From: an uncultured bacterium
GTDB lineage: Bacteria; Auribacterota; JACPWU01
Reading direction: 5' to 3'
Assembly (NCBI GenBank): GCA_964640155.1
Contig: CAZXEQ010000005.1
Coordinates: 60,001-92,000, forward strand
DNA: 32,000 nt
Notes under the pieces: generated by a model
The model's input: only the letters and a program-made list of their open reading frames with translations
Told to the model about the DNA's origin: nothing
The model's database searches: none
Position numbers and translations under genes: made by a program
In this document: positions 16,082 to 26,154 of the stretch, piece after piece
How positions within the stretch are numbered: position 1 is the stretch's first letter
Layout of the letters: each line of letters starts with the position of its first letter

Positions 16082-19000
16082 TTATACCTTAAACTTAGCT
16101 TTCGATTTGTGTTGATGCCTCAACCTACCATACGCACTTTTCTCTTTCAATACATTTCTCAAACGAATGACTAAACGCAATGGATTTAAATCTGACGGAC
16201 ATTCCATCATATGCTCTATAAAGTCTGCTTTTCGAAAATAAATTCTCTCCTTATGTTTTTGTATAGAAGTAATCTTCTTATCTCTAGCTAATATTTTTAA
16301 ATGCGCAATTTCTATTAAAAGCAGCATTTCTTCAGGCAAAGATCCAAAACGATCCGTCAATTCGTCCACGACTTTTTTCAAATCTTCCGGTGCATCCGTC
16401 TGAAAAATCTTATGATAAACCTCCATTCTTAACCGAGCATCATGAAGGTAAGAATGTGGAATCCCCCATTCAAATCCTAATTGAAGACTCACAGGTTTTT
16501 TCTCAATGACCTTTTCTCCTGAAAGTCGGCGTATGTTCTCATCTAAAAGTCGACAATACAATTGAAATCCAATGGCTATGATATGCCCATGCTGCTCTTT
16601 TCCCAAAATATTTCCAGCTCCTCGAATCTCCAAATCCCGCATCGCAACTTTAAAACCGGAACCCAAATCTGTAAAATCTTCTATGGTTTTTAGCCTCATT
16701 TTAGCTTCGGGACTGAGCATACGATCAGGGGCATAAATCAAATACGCATAGGCCCTTCTTCTGAAACGTCCTACCCGTCCTCTTAATTGATAGAGATCCG
16801 CCAAACCAAAACGATCCGCATGATCAATGATAATGGTATTCGCATTGGGAATATCCAGCCCCGATTCCACAATATTGGTGGCAATCAACACTTGAATCTT
16901 CCCTTCAATAAACGATTTCATCACTTCAGATAATTCTTCCTCATCCATTTGCCCATGTCCCACAGCAAAAGTGGCTTGAGGCACCAATTTTTGCAATTTT
17001 TCTTTCATGCGATGAATGCTCCCCACGCGATTGTGAATAAAGAAAACTTGTCCATCGCGAGAAATTTCACGCACAATGGCATCTCGAATCACACGTTCAT
17101 CAAAAGGGATAAGAATCGTTTCAATAGGAAGTCGATCTTCGGGGGGTGTATGGATCAAGCTCATGTCTCGCGCCTGCATCAAAGATAAATACAAGGTTCT
17201 TGGAATAGGTGTTGCTGATAGGGTAAGAACATCGACAGAAGCCCGCATCTTTTTTAACTTTTCCTTATGAAGAACACCAAAGCGTTGTTCTTCATCAATC
17301 ACCACAAGTCCCAAATCTTTAAAGCAAATATCTTTCGCAAAGAGACGATGTGTTCCGATCACTACATCCAAAGAACCTTCTTTTAATTTTTTGATAATTT
17401 TTTTCTGCTGAGATTCATCTCTAAATCTTGAAAGCATCTCTACTTCAATCGGGTATCCCGCGAAACGCTCCCGAAAGGTATAATAATGTTGCTGAGCCAA
17501 AACAGTAGTCGGAACAAGAATGGCCACTTGCTTTCCTCCCATCACCACTTTAAAAGTTGCCCGAATTGCCACTTCTGTTTTCCCAAAACCCACATCACCA
17601 CAAATCAAGCGATCCATCGGTTTTCCAGATTCTAAATCTTTTTTCACATCTTGAATCGCTTCCCATTGATCTGGAGTTTCTTCAAAAGGAAAAGAGGCCT
17701 CAAAAGTTTTCTGCCATTCTGTATCAACGCCAAAAGCATGTCCCCCCAAGGCTGCTCTTTTGGCCTGAACCTCTAAAAGTTCAGCTGCAAAATCCATGAG
17801 TGCTAATTGAGCCTTTTGTTTGGTTTTCTCCCAATCCTTTCCTCCCAATCGATTTAATTTAGGAGCTCGACCTTTAATCCCAATATAACGTTCCACCAAT
17901 TCAAACTGATCAACAGGGACATAAAGTTTTGCTCCTTGGGCATATTCAATGGTTAAAAACTCTCCATGCGATCCTCGATCATTTAACAAATCCACACCGA
18001 GAAACTTTCCAATTCCATAATTCAAATGAACCACCCAATCCCCAGGACGAAGCTCTCGATAATCTTGAATAGGAAGACCCTGCCTCACACGACGAGGAAG
18101 AGAACGTACTTCTAGACGACCTAAAATATCTCCTTCCGTCAAAAACGCTCTTTTTTCTTTTGGCAAAATAAAACCTTTGGAAAGATGCCCTACCCAAGAA
18201 TGATGTTGTTCCTCATTCCAAATTCCTTTTTCTTTCAACATTTGTGTCCAATGCTCTATTTCAGCTTGTTTTGGAGCAATCAAATGAATTTCATAACCTT
18301 CTTTCATTTTCTCATCGATTTTGGAAAAAATTTCGGCAACATAGCCCAAAGGAGAATCCTGATGACGTTCTATTCCTTGCCATACAACCGAACGTTGAAC
18401 GGGCAAAGATAAAGAAGGCAAGGCATTCTCTTCAGCTGTATCAGAAAGATAAAGCATCGAAGAACTTTTCAAATCTTCTAAATCCAAATAATCTTCACTT
18501 CCTTCTGGGATATCTTCCTTTAAAACATCATATTTTTGAACAATGGCTTGAGAATGATCCCAAACGAGAAGAAATTTTTTGGGGAAATAATTTAAAAAAC
18601 TTCCCCAATGAAGATTTTTTTCAATCAATTCTAATTCACACGCGGGGAAAACTTCTGCGTGTTCAATGATACTTTGAGAAATTTGGGTTTGAGGATTAAA
18701 AAAGCGCAAAGAATCAATTTTTGCCCCATCAAATTCTAAACGTAAAGGATCATCATATTGAGGAGAAAAAACATCAATAATCCCCCCACGTACACTAAAT
18801 TCTGCCTTATTCTCAACCACCGCTTCACGTTTAAAACCAAACTGATCCAAAAACTGAATCAACCCATCAAAAGAAAATTCCTTGCTTTTTGCGACAGATA
18901 GAATCATTTTCTTAAATGAAGAAGGACTTACCACTTTATGAATCAAAGCCTGAAACGGAGCAACCACCCATGATTGACCTGATTTATTTTGCAAGCCCCC

Positions 19001-19306
19001 TAAAGCTGTAAAACGTTCTGCAATAATTTCAATATGAGGAGAAATTTTTTCATGAGGCAATGTTTCCCAAGATGGAAAGAGATAGCCTTTTTCTTCGGAA
19101 AAAAATTTCATATCTGAGAAAAAATTCTCGGCTTCGGTTTGCCCCGCTGTAATGACAAGCACCGGTAAACCCAACTTCTGACGAAGATAGGCCACCAAAG
19201 CAGCTTTGGACGACTCCCACAATCCCTGAACAGAAAGACGCGGACCATCCCGAAGTTTTTTTAAAACATCTTCAAATGCAGTGATATTTTCAAGTAAAGA
19301 TTTCAT
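16082..19306 (-). CDS. mfd: Transcription-repair coupling factor Mfd
   Basis: About 1074 aa. Contains a CarD-like RNAP-interaction region (GDWVVHLNYGIGKFLG), helicase motifs GDVGFGKTEVA, DEEQRFGV, SATPIPRTL and QLRGRVGR, and a TRG region. I preferred ATG 19306 over the tracked GTG 19330. Confidence 0.93.
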   Translation of the reverse strand: MKSLLENITAFEDVLKKLRDGPRLSVQGLWESSKAALVAYLRQKLGLPVLVITAGQTEAENFFSDMKFFSEEKGYLFPSWETLPHEKISPHIEIIAERFTALGGLQNKSGQSWVVAPFQALIHKVVSPSSFKKMILSVAKSKEFSFDGLIQFLDQFGFKREAVVENKAEFSVRGGIIDVFSPQYDDPLRLEFDGAKIDSLRFFNPQTQISQSIIEHAEVFPACELELIEKNLHWGSFLNYFPKKFLLVWDHSQAIVQKYDVLKEDIPEGSEDYLDLEDLKSSSMLYLSDTAEENALPSLSLPVQRSVVWQGIERHQDSPLGYVAEIFSKIDEKMKEGYEIHLIAPKQAEIEHWTQMLKEKGIWNEEQHHSWVGHLSKGFILPKEKRAFLTEGDILGRLEVRSLPRRVRQGLPIQDYRELRPGDWVVHLNYGIGKFLGVDLLNDRGSHGEFLTIEYAQGAKLYVPVDQFELVERYIGIKGRAPKLNRLGGKDWEKTKQKAQLALMDFAAELLEVQAKRAALGGHAFGVDTEWQKTFEASFPFEETPDQWEAIQDVKKDLESGKPMDRLICGDVGFGKTEVAIRATFKVVMGGKQVAILVPTTVLAQQHYYTFRERFAGYPIEVEMLSRFRDESQQKKIIKKLKEGSLDVVIGTHRLFAKDICFKDLGLVVIDEEQRFGVLHKEKLKKMRASVDVLTLSATPIPRTLYLSLMQARDMSLIHTPPEDRLPIETILIPFDERVIRDAIVREISRDGQVFFIHNRVGSIHRMKEKLQKLVPQATFAVGHGQMDEEELSEVMKSFIEGKIQVLIATNIVESGLDIPNANTIIIDHADRFGLADLYQLRGRVGRFRRRAYAYLIYAPDRMLSPEAKMRLKTIEDFTDLGSGFKVAMRDLEIRGAGNILGKEQHGHIIAIGFQLYCRLLDENIRRLSGEKVIEKKPVSLQLGFEWGIPHSYLHDARLRMEVYHKIFQTDAPEDLKKVVDELTDRFGSLPEEMLLLIEIAHLKILARDKKITSIQKHKERIYFRKADFIEHMMECPSDLNPLRLVIRLRNVLKEKSAYGRLRHQHKSKAKFKV

Positions 19307-19420
19307 GTCGTTCAATTTTTCTTTACACACTTTACTACCGATCTTTCAATAAGTCCAAATTGCAATGTCTCACAAAAATTTCAATATTGCATTAGGCCTG
19401 TAAGGAACAACCATAAGATA

Positions 19421-19429
19421 TGATAAAAT
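19421..19429 (+). promoter_or_regulatory. Extended -10 promoter element TGATAAAAT, 6 nt upstream of the KdpD-kinase ATG
   Basis: TGATAAAAT-ATAGCT-ATG(19436). No SD. Confidence 0.4.
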
Positions 19430-19435
19430 ATAGCT

Positions 19436-20932
19436 ATGAACAGTTTAAAAACATCAAAACCTTTTCAAGCTTATCTGATGAGCATTACTTTGGTTGCTTT
19501 AACCACCTTTTTGGGCGAATGGGTTAAGGAAAAACTTGAGCCAACCAATCTCGTTATGCTCTATCTTTTGATGGTCGTGATAGTCGCTACTCTTTGGGGA
19601 CGGGGGCCTGCGATTTTAACTTCCATTTTAAGTGTTCTTGCTTTTGATTTTTTCCTTATTCCTCCTTATTTGACCTTCGTTGTTCATGATATACAATATG
19701 TTTTTACTTTTGCAGGACTTTTAATTGTAGCCTTGGTTATAGGAACATTAACATCTCGAATCAGAGAACAGGCAATACAGGCAAAAGAACAAGAGGCCCA
19801 AACATCTGCGTTATATCGATTAAGTAAAGATTTAGCGGCAGCAGAATCTTTCGAAAAAGCTTTGCAAGCTATTCGAGAAAATGTAGGGAAAATGCTTAAT
19901 GGTCTTATGTGCATTTATTTTCCTGTCCATCATGTTTTAGAACCTGTCAGCTATGATCCGGATTTCCCAATCAATGAACATGAAAAAACAATTGCAACCT
20001 GGGTCTTTGAAAATGGGAAAGCCGCTGGACCCAGTGCAGATACTTTAGTAGCCGCACAAGCCCATTATCGTCCTCTTCAAACATCTCAAAAGACATTAGG
20101 TGTTTTAGGAATACGCCTCAAAGAAGACAGATCCCAGATGACTTTAGAAGAGCAAAATTTATTGAGTGCTCTCGGTAGTCAGGCTGCTATTGCAATCCAA
20201 CGCTCCAAATTTGCCGAGGAAACACGTCAGATAGCGGTCATGAAACAAACTGAAAAACTTCAGACAGCATTATTAAATTCCATTTCTCATGATTTAAGAA
20301 CTCCTCTTGTCTCCATTACAGGGACCTTAAGCAGTCTTTTGCAAGACACAAGTTTGCTTAAAGATCAAAACAGAAAAGAACTTTTGGAAGATGCCTATGA
20401 AGAATCTACCCATTTGAATCGTTTGGTAGGTAATCTTTTGGATATGACAAGAGTAGAATCTGGTACGTTAAAAATTCAGTTAAAACCTTGTGAATTAAGA
20501 GACGTACTCGGATCTGCGTTACAATCATTAAGAGAAAAATTAGAAAAAAGAGAGATTCAAATTTATATTCCTAATGATTTCCCAGAGATCCCAGTCGATT
20601 TTTCTTTAATGATGCGAGTGTTTATCAATCTCATTGATAATGCTGTCAAATATTCTCAAGCAGATTCGCTCATTAAAATAACAGCAAAAATCCTTCAAAA
20701 CAAAGTTGTGATTGAAGTTAGCGATGAGGGTTTTGGCATTCCCAAAGAAGATCTCGAGCGTATTTTTGATAAATTTTACAGAGCTGTCAAAACCAAATCA
20801 GTCATAGGGACAGGCCTTGGACTTTCTATTTGTAAGGGGATTATAGAAGCCCATGGTGGAAAAATTTGGGCTCAAAATAATTTAAATAAGGGAGCGACTT
20901 TCTGTGTTGAACTCCCAATTTTAATAGGATAA
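19436..20932 (+). CDS. kdpD: KdpD-type sensor histidine kinase lacking the N-terminal KdpD/Usp sensor (4-TM DUF4118-like + GAF + HisKA + HATPase_c)
   Basis: 498 aa. TM core NLVMLYLL...FDFFLIPPYLTF is characteristic of KdpD. H-box LLNSISHDLRTPL with His285 (CAT 20288-20290). N, G1 and G2 boxes NLIDNAVKYS, DEGFGIP and GTGLGLSICKGI. Directly followed by kdpE. Confidence 0.85.
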   Translation: MNSLKTSKPFQAYLMSITLVALTTFLGEWVKEKLEPTNLVMLYLLMVVIVATLWGRGPAILTSILSVLAFDFFLIPPYLTFVVHDIQYVFTFAGLLIVALVIGTLTSRIREQAIQAKEQEAQTSALYRLSKDLAAAESFEKALQAIRENVGKMLNGLMCIYFPVHHVLEPVSYDPDFPINEHEKTIATWVFENGKAAGPSADTLVAAQAHYRPLQTSQKTLGVLGIRLKEDRSQMTLEEQNLLSALGSQAAIAIQRSKFAEETRQIAVMKQTEKLQTALLNSISHDLRTPLVSITGTLSSLLQDTSLLKDQNRKELLEDAYEESTHLNRLVGNLLDMTRVESGTLKIQLKPCELRDVLGSALQSLREKLEKREIQIYIPNDFPEIPVDFSLMMRVFINLIDNAVKYSQADSLIKITAKILQNKVVIEVSDEGFGIPKEDLERIFDKFYRAVKTKSVIGTGLGLSICKGIIEAHGGKIWAQNNLNKGATFCVELPILIG

Positions 20933-20935
20933 CTC

Positions 20936-21634
20936 ATGGAACACTCCCCTTTGAGAATTCTTGTCGTCGACGATGAAAAGAGTATTCGACGTTTTTTAAA
21001 AACAACACTGACTTCTCATGGGTATAGAGTATTCGAAGCCTCAGATGGGAAAGAAGCTTTGGAAAACTCTGTTTCCTCACATCCCGATGCAATTGTCTTG
21101 GATCTAGGTCTTCCTGACATGGATGGAATAGATGTCACACGTGAGATTAGAAAAAGAACGAAAATTCCCATTATTATTCTATCTGTACGAGAAGACGAGA
21201 CTGACAAGATTGCGGCCCTAGATGCAGGGGCAGATGATTATTTAACAAAACCCTTCAATGCGGGAGAAATGCTTGCACGTTTAAGGGCTGTGATGAGACG
21301 ATTGATGCCACAAGACGAAGGAACGGTTTTTAAAGTCGGAAAACTTTCAATGGATATTGCAAAACATAGTCTCGAACTTAAGGGGGATCCGATACGTCTT
21401 ACGCCAACAGAATATAATATTCTAAAAGTTCTTGTGATGAATGCGGGAAGAGTCGTTACCCATCAAAGTATTTTGAAGGAAGTGTGGGATAAGTCTGAGG
21501 ATTTAGAAGGAGTTTCGCATCTTTTAAGAGTGACCATTAGTAATCTTCGTAACAAAATCGAACCTAATCCCAATCAACCCACTTACATTTTGACTGAACC
21601 AGGGATTGGATACCGCCTGTCCGTAGACGATTAA
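20936..21634 (+). CDS. kdpE: OmpR-family response regulator KdpE
   Basis: Receiver motifs ILVVDDE, DLGLPDMDG and KPF. Winged-helix C-terminus LTPTEYNILKVL...GIGYRL. Position is 3 nt after the KdpD-type kinase and upstream of kdpFABC. Confidence 0.85.
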   Translation: MEHSPLRILVVDDEKSIRRFLKTTLTSHGYRVFEASDGKEALENSVSSHPDAIVLDLGLPDMDGIDVTREIRKRTKIPIIILSVREDETDKIAALDAGADDYLTKPFNAGEMLARLRAVMRRLMPQDEGTVFKVGKLSMDIAKHSLELKGDPIRLTPTEYNILKVLVMNAGRVVTHQSILKEVWDKSEDLEGVSHLLRVTISNLRNKIEPNPNQPTYILTEPGIGYRLSVDD

Positions 21635-21672
21635 TCTATATTTCTCTTCCTGAATGATTTTTTCAGTCTTAA

Positions 21673-21690
21673 TTTTGACGCCTTTTTGAC
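21673..21690 (+). promoter_or_regulatory. Candidate KdpE binding site: direct repeat TTTTGAC-N4-TTTTGAC
   Basis: Two identical heptamers lie 11 bp apart start to start (21673-21679 and 21684-21690), about one helical turn. They sit 22-39 bp upstream of the -10-like TATAAAT (21712-21718), in front of the kdp structural genes. Confidence 0.35.
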
Positions 21691-21725
21691 TCTCTCTTAA
21701 CTTTATTTCATTATAAATTAAGATT

Positions 21726-21959
21726 ATGAAAAGGATGATTCAGATCTTTTATTTTATTCTTTTGGTGATTGCAGCTGATTTCTCGACTCAAACTCAGCTC
21801 TATGCGATTGTGCCACCCTCTGCCATGCAAGGCAAAGAGTCTCACAAAGAGACCGAGCAAAAATTGATGAATCTTCTCGAGAAACTTGAACGACACGAGG
21901 AAGATCATATTCGTTTTATCCAACATACAAAGGATGAATTACGAGGATTAAAAAGATAG
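21726..21959 (+). CDS. Small signal-anchored/secreted coiled-coil protein (hypothetical), first ORF of the kdp leader
   Basis: 77-aa ORF with a hydrophobic N-terminus. No SD, but TATAAAT ends 7 nt before the ATG, which fits the leaderless pattern seen elsewhere in the window. No homology recognised. Confidence 0.35.
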   Translation: MKRMIQIFYFILLVIAADFSTQTQLYAIVPPSAMQGKESHKETEQKLMNLLEKLERHEEDHIRFIQHTKDELRGLKR

Positions 21960-21969
21960 GAGTATGAAC

Positions 21970-22050
21970 ATGGACATATTATTTTTAGGAATTACTTTTG
22001 CTTTGCTTGCGGTATCCATTGTCTTAATCAACTTTTGTGACAAGCTTTAA
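21970..22050 (+). CDS. 26-aa hydrophobic peptide (MDILFLGITFALLAVSIVLINFCDKL), putative Kdp-associated small membrane peptide
   Basis: AGGAG at 21957-21961 lies 8 nt before ATG 21970. Single TM-length hydrophobic stretch. Sits immediately upstream of kdpF. Confidence 0.35.
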   Translation: MDILFLGITFALLAVSIVLINFCDKL

Positions 22051-22063
22051 AAGGAGGTTTTAT

Positions 22064-22156
22064 ATGTTAGCTGTTTACTGGATTGCTGGCATTATTTCGA
22101 TGATTGTTTTTATTTATCTTTTAGTAGCACTTCTTAAACCGGAGATATTCTCATGA
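22064..22156 (+). CDS. kdpF: K+-transporting ATPase subunit F (KdpF)
   Basis: 30-aa peptide [30 protein letters not shown] with the KdpF-like YLxxALLKPExF ending. AGGAGG lies 6 nt upstream. Stop overlaps the kdpA ATG (ATGA at 22153-22156). Confidence 0.7.
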   Translation: MLAVYWIAGIISMIVFIYLLVALLKPEIFS

Positions 22157-23892
22157 ACAATTTTATTCAATGCATGCTTTATTTGGTTGCTCTTTTGTTA
22201 TGTATCAAGCCACTTGGGGCCTATATGGCACGAGTATATGAAGGAAAGCCGGCTGGGCTCAATGTTTGGTTAGGTGGATTTGAACGACTCATTTATCGTT
22301 TGTGCGGCATTGATGCTAAAAAGGAAATGTCATGGAAAACTTACGCGATTGCCATGATGATTTTTAATGGTTTGGGCATTTTTGTTGTCTATCTTTTTCA
22401 AAGATTACAGCATTGGCTTCCTTTAAATCCCATGCATATGGCTCCTGTGTCTGCTCACTCAGCTTTTAATACAGCGGTTAGCTTTGCAACCAATACCAAT
22501 TGGCAAGGCTATGGTGGTGAATCGACTATGAGTTATTTAACCCAAATGGCCGCCTTAAGTGTACAGAATTTTGTTTCAGCTGCATCTGGCATGGCTGTTT
22601 TAGTCGCACTCATCCGAGGATTTGTTCAGAGACAAAAAGAAACCCTCGGAAATTTCTGGGTTGATTTGGTGAGAACCACTCTTTACATCTTATTACCTTT
22701 GTCACTGATCTTCTCCGTTATCTTAGTCTCTCAAGGTGTACCTCAGACCTTTAAACAAAGTCAGACCGCGTCTTTGAGAAATCCCATCAAGGATGGAAAT
22801 GGGAATGCCTTAACCGAGCAAACACTGGCATTAGGTCCTGTTGCGTCTCAAATAGCTATTAAGCAATTGGGAACCAACGGAGGCGGTTATTATAATGTGA
22901 ATTCTGCTCATCCTTTTGAAAACCCAACTCCTTTTTCAAATTTTCTTGAAGTAGTTGCGATTCTTCTTATTCCTGCAGCGCTTTGTTACACCTTTGGATC
23001 GATGGTGAAAGACAAACGTCAGGGCTGGGCTCTTTTGATTGCGATGACCCTTATTTTTGTTCCATGTCTATGGACATGTATCCATGCAGAACAGGGTGGA
23101 AATCCAGCTTTTACCAAATTAGGGATAGATCAGGCAACAAGCGTCTTGCAGTCGGGCGGAAATATGGAGGGAAAGGAAGCCCGTTATGGCATTGTAAATT
23201 CTGCTATTTGGGCTACAGCCACAACAGCTGCATCCAATGGTTCTGTAAATTCAATGCATGATTCTTTCACTCCATTGGGAGGTTTAATTCCCATGTGGCT
23301 CATGCAGCTTGGAGAAATTATTTATGGCGGAGTCGGATCTGGGCTTTACGGAATGATTGCTTTTGCAATTCTAGCTGTTTTTATTGCAGGACTGATGGTG
23401 GGTCGTACTCCGGAATATCTGGGTAAAAAGATTGAGTCCTATGAAATGAAAATGGCCACTCTAATGATTTTAATCCCCCCATTTTTAGTGCTTTTGGGGA
23501 CAGCTATTGCTGTTGTTGCGCCAGGAGGCAAAGCCACTATTTTCAACCCAGGAGCACATGGTTTTAGTGAGGTTCTCTACGCTTTTTCATCAGCGTCGAA
23601 TAATAATGGAAGCGCGTTTGCAGGATTGGGTGCAAACACCCCATTTTATAACACGGCCCTTGGGCTATGCATGTTTTTTGCACGTTATTGGTTGGCAATT
23701 CCTATCTTGGCGATTGCAGGAAGCCTCGCAAAAAAGAAAATCGTACCTGCGAGTTCGGGAACTCTTCCAACACACACGCCCCTATTCGTATTATTTCTAG
23801 TAAGCGTTATTTTAATTGTCGGGGCCTTGACCTTTTTCCCATCATTGGCACTTGGACCCATTGTTGAACATTTAATGGTTGTCTCACAATAG
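22153..23892 (+). CDS. kdpA: K+-transporting ATPase subunit A (KdpA)
   Basis: 579-aa polytopic protein. Selectivity-filter-like repeats ([45 protein letters not shown]) are typical of KdpA. Confidence 0.95.
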   Translation: MNNFIQCMLYLVALLLCIKPLGAYMARVYEGKPAGLNVWLGGFERLIYRLCGIDAKKEMSWKTYAIAMMIFNGLGIFVVYLFQRLQHWLPLNPMHMAPVSAHSAFNTAVSFATNTNWQGYGGESTMSYLTQMAALSVQNFVSAASGMAVLVALIRGFVQRQKETLGNFWVDLVRTTLYILLPLSLIFSVILVSQGVPQTFKQSQTASLRNPIKDGNGNALTEQTLALGPVASQIAIKQLGTNGGGYYNVNSAHPFENPTPFSNFLEVVAILLIPAALCYTFGSMVKDKRQGWALLIAMTLIFVPCLWTCIHAEQGGNPAFTKLGIDQATSVLQSGGNMEGKEARYGIVNSAIWATATTAASNGSVNSMHDSFTPLGGLIPMWLMQLGEIIYGGVGSGLYGMIAFAILAVFIAGLMVGRTPEYLGKKIESYEMKMATLMILIPPFLVLLGTAIAVVAPGGKATIFNPGAHGFSEVLYAFSSASNNNGSAFAGLGANTPFYNTALGLCMFFARYWLAIPILAIAGSLAKKKIVPASSGTLPTHTPLFVLFLVSVILIVGALTFFPSLALGPIVEHLMVVSQ

Positions 23893-23902
23893 GAGAATGG
23901 AT

Positions 23903-25993
23903 ATGAGTATCAATATTATGAAGAAAACGCATAAAGCAATATCTTTGTTTGATCCTGGAATTGCAGGGCCAGCAGTTTTAAGTTCATTAAAGAAACTGGA
24001 TCCTAGGCATCAAATCAAAAATCCAGTCATGTTTGTGGTGTTTATTGGAAGTATTCTGACCACAGGACTTTTCTTTCAAGCTCTTCTGGGGCATGGAGAA
24101 TTGCCAGCGGGATTTATTTTAGCTGTCACATTATGGCTTTGGTTTACTTTAATCTTTGCTAACTTTGCTGAAGCGATGGCTGAAGGACGTGGGAAGGCTC
24201 AAGCGGAAAGCTTACGTAAAACAAGAAAGGATACCTCGGCCAAAAAGCTTTCAAAGCCTAATTATGGATCTCACTTTCAAAAGGTTTCTGCAGCAACTCT
24301 TAAAAAAGGAGATGTGGTATTAGTTGAAATAGGAGACTTTATCCCCATGGATGGTGAAATTATTGAGGGTGCTGCTTCTGTCGACGAAAGTGCAATTACA
24401 GGAGAAAGCGCTCCTGTGATTCGAGAATCAGGAGGAGACAGAAGTGCTGTTACAGGCGGCACACGTGTTTTATCTGACTGGCTTGTTGTCAAAATCAGTT
24501 CTAGTCCAGGCGAAACGTTTTTAGACCGTATGATTGCAATGGTGGAAGGCGCCAAGCGTCAAAAAACACCTAATGAGATAGCTCTATCTATTTTACTTGC
24601 AGGTCTTACCATCATTTTTCTTTTGGTGACTGTTACGCTCCTCCCCTTTTCAATCTACAGTGTTGTGACAGCGGGTGTGGGCGTACCTGTTACAGTGACA
24701 GTACTCGTAGCTCTTCTGGTTTGTTTGATTCCTACCACTATTGGAGGTTTGCTTTCTGCGATTGGGATTGCAGGAATGGACCGTATGATACAAGCCAATG
24801 TTATTGCAACTTCGGGTCGAGCGGTAGAAGCTGCAGGTGATGTAGATGTTTTACTTTTGGATAAAACAGGAACCATTACTCTTGGCAATCGTCAAGCCGT
24901 TGCCTTCATTCCAGCAACTGGAATTACAGCAGAAGCACTTGCGGATGCGGCGCAGTTGTCATCTTTGTCTGACGAAACTCCGGAAGGCAGAAGTGTTGTA
25001 GTTTTAGCAAAAGAAAAATACAAGATCCGGGAACGTAAAGTTCATGAACTCGGAGCAACGTTTATCCCCTTCACAGCTCAAACACGCATGAGTGGTGTAA
25101 GACTAGCGGATGGAAGAGAAATTCAAAAAGGAGCTGTGGATGCCATTGAAGCCTATGTGAAAAAATTAGGGGGAACTTTTCCTGAGGAAGTTAAGAATTT
25201 TTCAGACGGTATTGCCAGAAGTGGTGGCACTCCCCTGGTTGTTGCTGAACGTTCAAAAGTCTTGGGCGTGATTCAGCTTAAAGATATTGTTAAGGGTGGT
25301 ATTAAAGAACGTTTTGGAGAACTTCGCCGAATGGGAATTAAAACCATTATGATTACGGGAGATAATCCCATGACTGCCGCCGCCATTGCAGCTGAGGCAG
25401 GCATGGATGATTTTTTAGCTCAAGCAACTCCTGAAACAAAGTTGAAGTTGATTCGAGAGATGCAAAGCGGTGGACGTCTTGTCGCCATGACAGGAGACGG
25501 AACCAATGATGCCCCTGCTTTGGCTCAAGCAGATGTTGCAGTTGCGATGAATACGGGAACACAGGCTGCCAAAGAAGCAGGAAATATGGTGGATCTTGAT
25601 TCTAATCCTACAAAATTAATGGAAATTGTAGAGATCGGAAAGCAACTTCTGATTACACGTGGCAATTTAACAACCTTTAGCATTGCTAATGATGTCTCAA
25701 AATATTTTGCGATTATTCCTGCAGCCTTTATGGGAACTTATCCTGCGTTAGGAGCGTTAAACATCATGCATTTAGCAACTCCAGCAAGTGCCATTCTTTC
25801 AGCTGTGATTTTTAATGCTTTGATTATTATCGCTTTAATCCCATTGGCTTTGAAGGGAGCTCGTTACAAAGCTCAGCCAGCAAGCCGTTTGCTTCGCAAT
25901 AATCTTTTAATTTACGGTGTAGGAGGAATTATTGCTCCCTTTATTGGAATTAAATTAATCGACATGCTTTTAGTAGCACTTCATTTACTATAG
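23903..25993 (+). CDS. kdpB: K+-transporting P-type ATPase subunit B (KdpB)
   Basis: P-type motifs TGES, DKTGTIT, MITGDN and [15 protein letters not shown] at 23891-23895 favours ATG 23903 (or 23897) over the tracked TTG at 23879. Confidence 0.95.
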   Translation: MSINIMKKTHKAISLFDPGIAGPAVLSSLKKLDPRHQIKNPVMFVVFIGSILTTGLFFQALLGHGELPAGFILAVTLWLWFTLIFANFAEAMAEGRGKAQAESLRKTRKDTSAKKLSKPNYGSHFQKVSAATLKKGDVVLVEIGDFIPMDGEIIEGAASVDESAITGESAPVIRESGGDRSAVTGGTRVLSDWLVVKISSSPGETFLDRMIAMVEGAKRQKTPNEIALSILLAGLTIIFLLVTVTLLPFSIYSVVTAGVGVPVTVTVLVALLVCLIPTTIGGLLSAIGIAGMDRMIQANVIATSGRAVEAAGDVDVLLLDKTGTITLGNRQAVAFIPATGITAEALADAAQLSSLSDETPEGRSVVVLAKEKYKIRERKVHELGATFIPFTAQTRMSGVRLADGREIQKGAVDAIEAYVKKLGGTFPEEVKNFSDGIARSGGTPLVVAERSKVLGVIQLKDIVKGGIKERFGELRRMGIKTIMITGDNPMTAAAIAAEAGMDDFLAQATPETKLKLIREMQSGGRLVAMTGDGTNDAPALAQADVAVAMNTGTQAAKEAGNMVDLDSNPTKLMEIVEIGKQLLITRGNLTTFSIANDVSKYFAIIPAAFMGTYPALGALNIMHLATPASAILSAVIFNALIIIALIPLALKGARYKAQPASRLLRNNLLIYGVGGIIAPFIGIKLIDMLLVALHLL

Positions 25994-26057
25994 CACGACA
26001 TAATTCCACTATACATGGAGGATATTTCTAACTGTAGTTTTTACTTTCTTACTAGGC

Positions 26058-26154
26058 CATTCATTAGTGTGAATAGATTTATGTAGGCCAGTACTATGAG
26101 AAACAAAGCATGAATAATCATTCATTAGAAAAATCCTTTGTTTCTCATTAGTAT
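26058..26154. repeat. Repeat-related hairpin insertion in the kdpB-kdpC spacer
   Basis: 13-bp perfect stem ATGAGAAACAAAG/CTTTGTTTCTCAT (26096-26108/26136-26148). The 20-mer at 26121-26140 matches 9801-9820 at 18/20. CATTCATTAG is duplicated (26058-26067 and 26119-26128). Confidence 0.45.

Noticed and set aside
19358-19393. Inverted repeat AATTGCAAT ... ATATTGCATT between mfd and the KdpD kinase, considered as an operator
   Set aside because: It is short and imperfect, and AT-rich palindromes of this size are frequent here. It is worth noting only if footprinting is done for the promoter anyway.
21650-21666. Possible intrinsic terminator after kdpE (CTGAA-N7-TTCAG followed by T-rich sequence)
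   Set aside because: The stem is only 5 bp and AT-rich, too weak to call.
23879-23902. TTG start for kdpB at 23879, overlapping kdpA
   Set aside because: AGGAG at 23891-23895 followed by ATG at 23903 (or 23897) gives a conventional initiation site, and the N-terminus then aligns with typical KdpB starts.
753-25562. Short ORFs nested in or antisense to the large CDSs (753-974, 2234-2458, 3132-3332, 3631-3819, 4104-4427, 4842-5093, 6276-6608, 8265-8540, 9258-9728, 10350-10556, 10865-11128, 12114-12335, 15439-15663, 16949-18669 set, 19684-19914, 21016-21207, 21711-21926, 22983-23867 set, 24277-24888, 25353-25562; likewise 26642-26842, 28512-28724, 30033-30290 and 30678-30911 beyond this span)
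   Set aside because: Each lies inside a longer ORF that has clear family motifs. Their translations are low-complexity or codon-shadow artefacts typical of AT-rich DNA.
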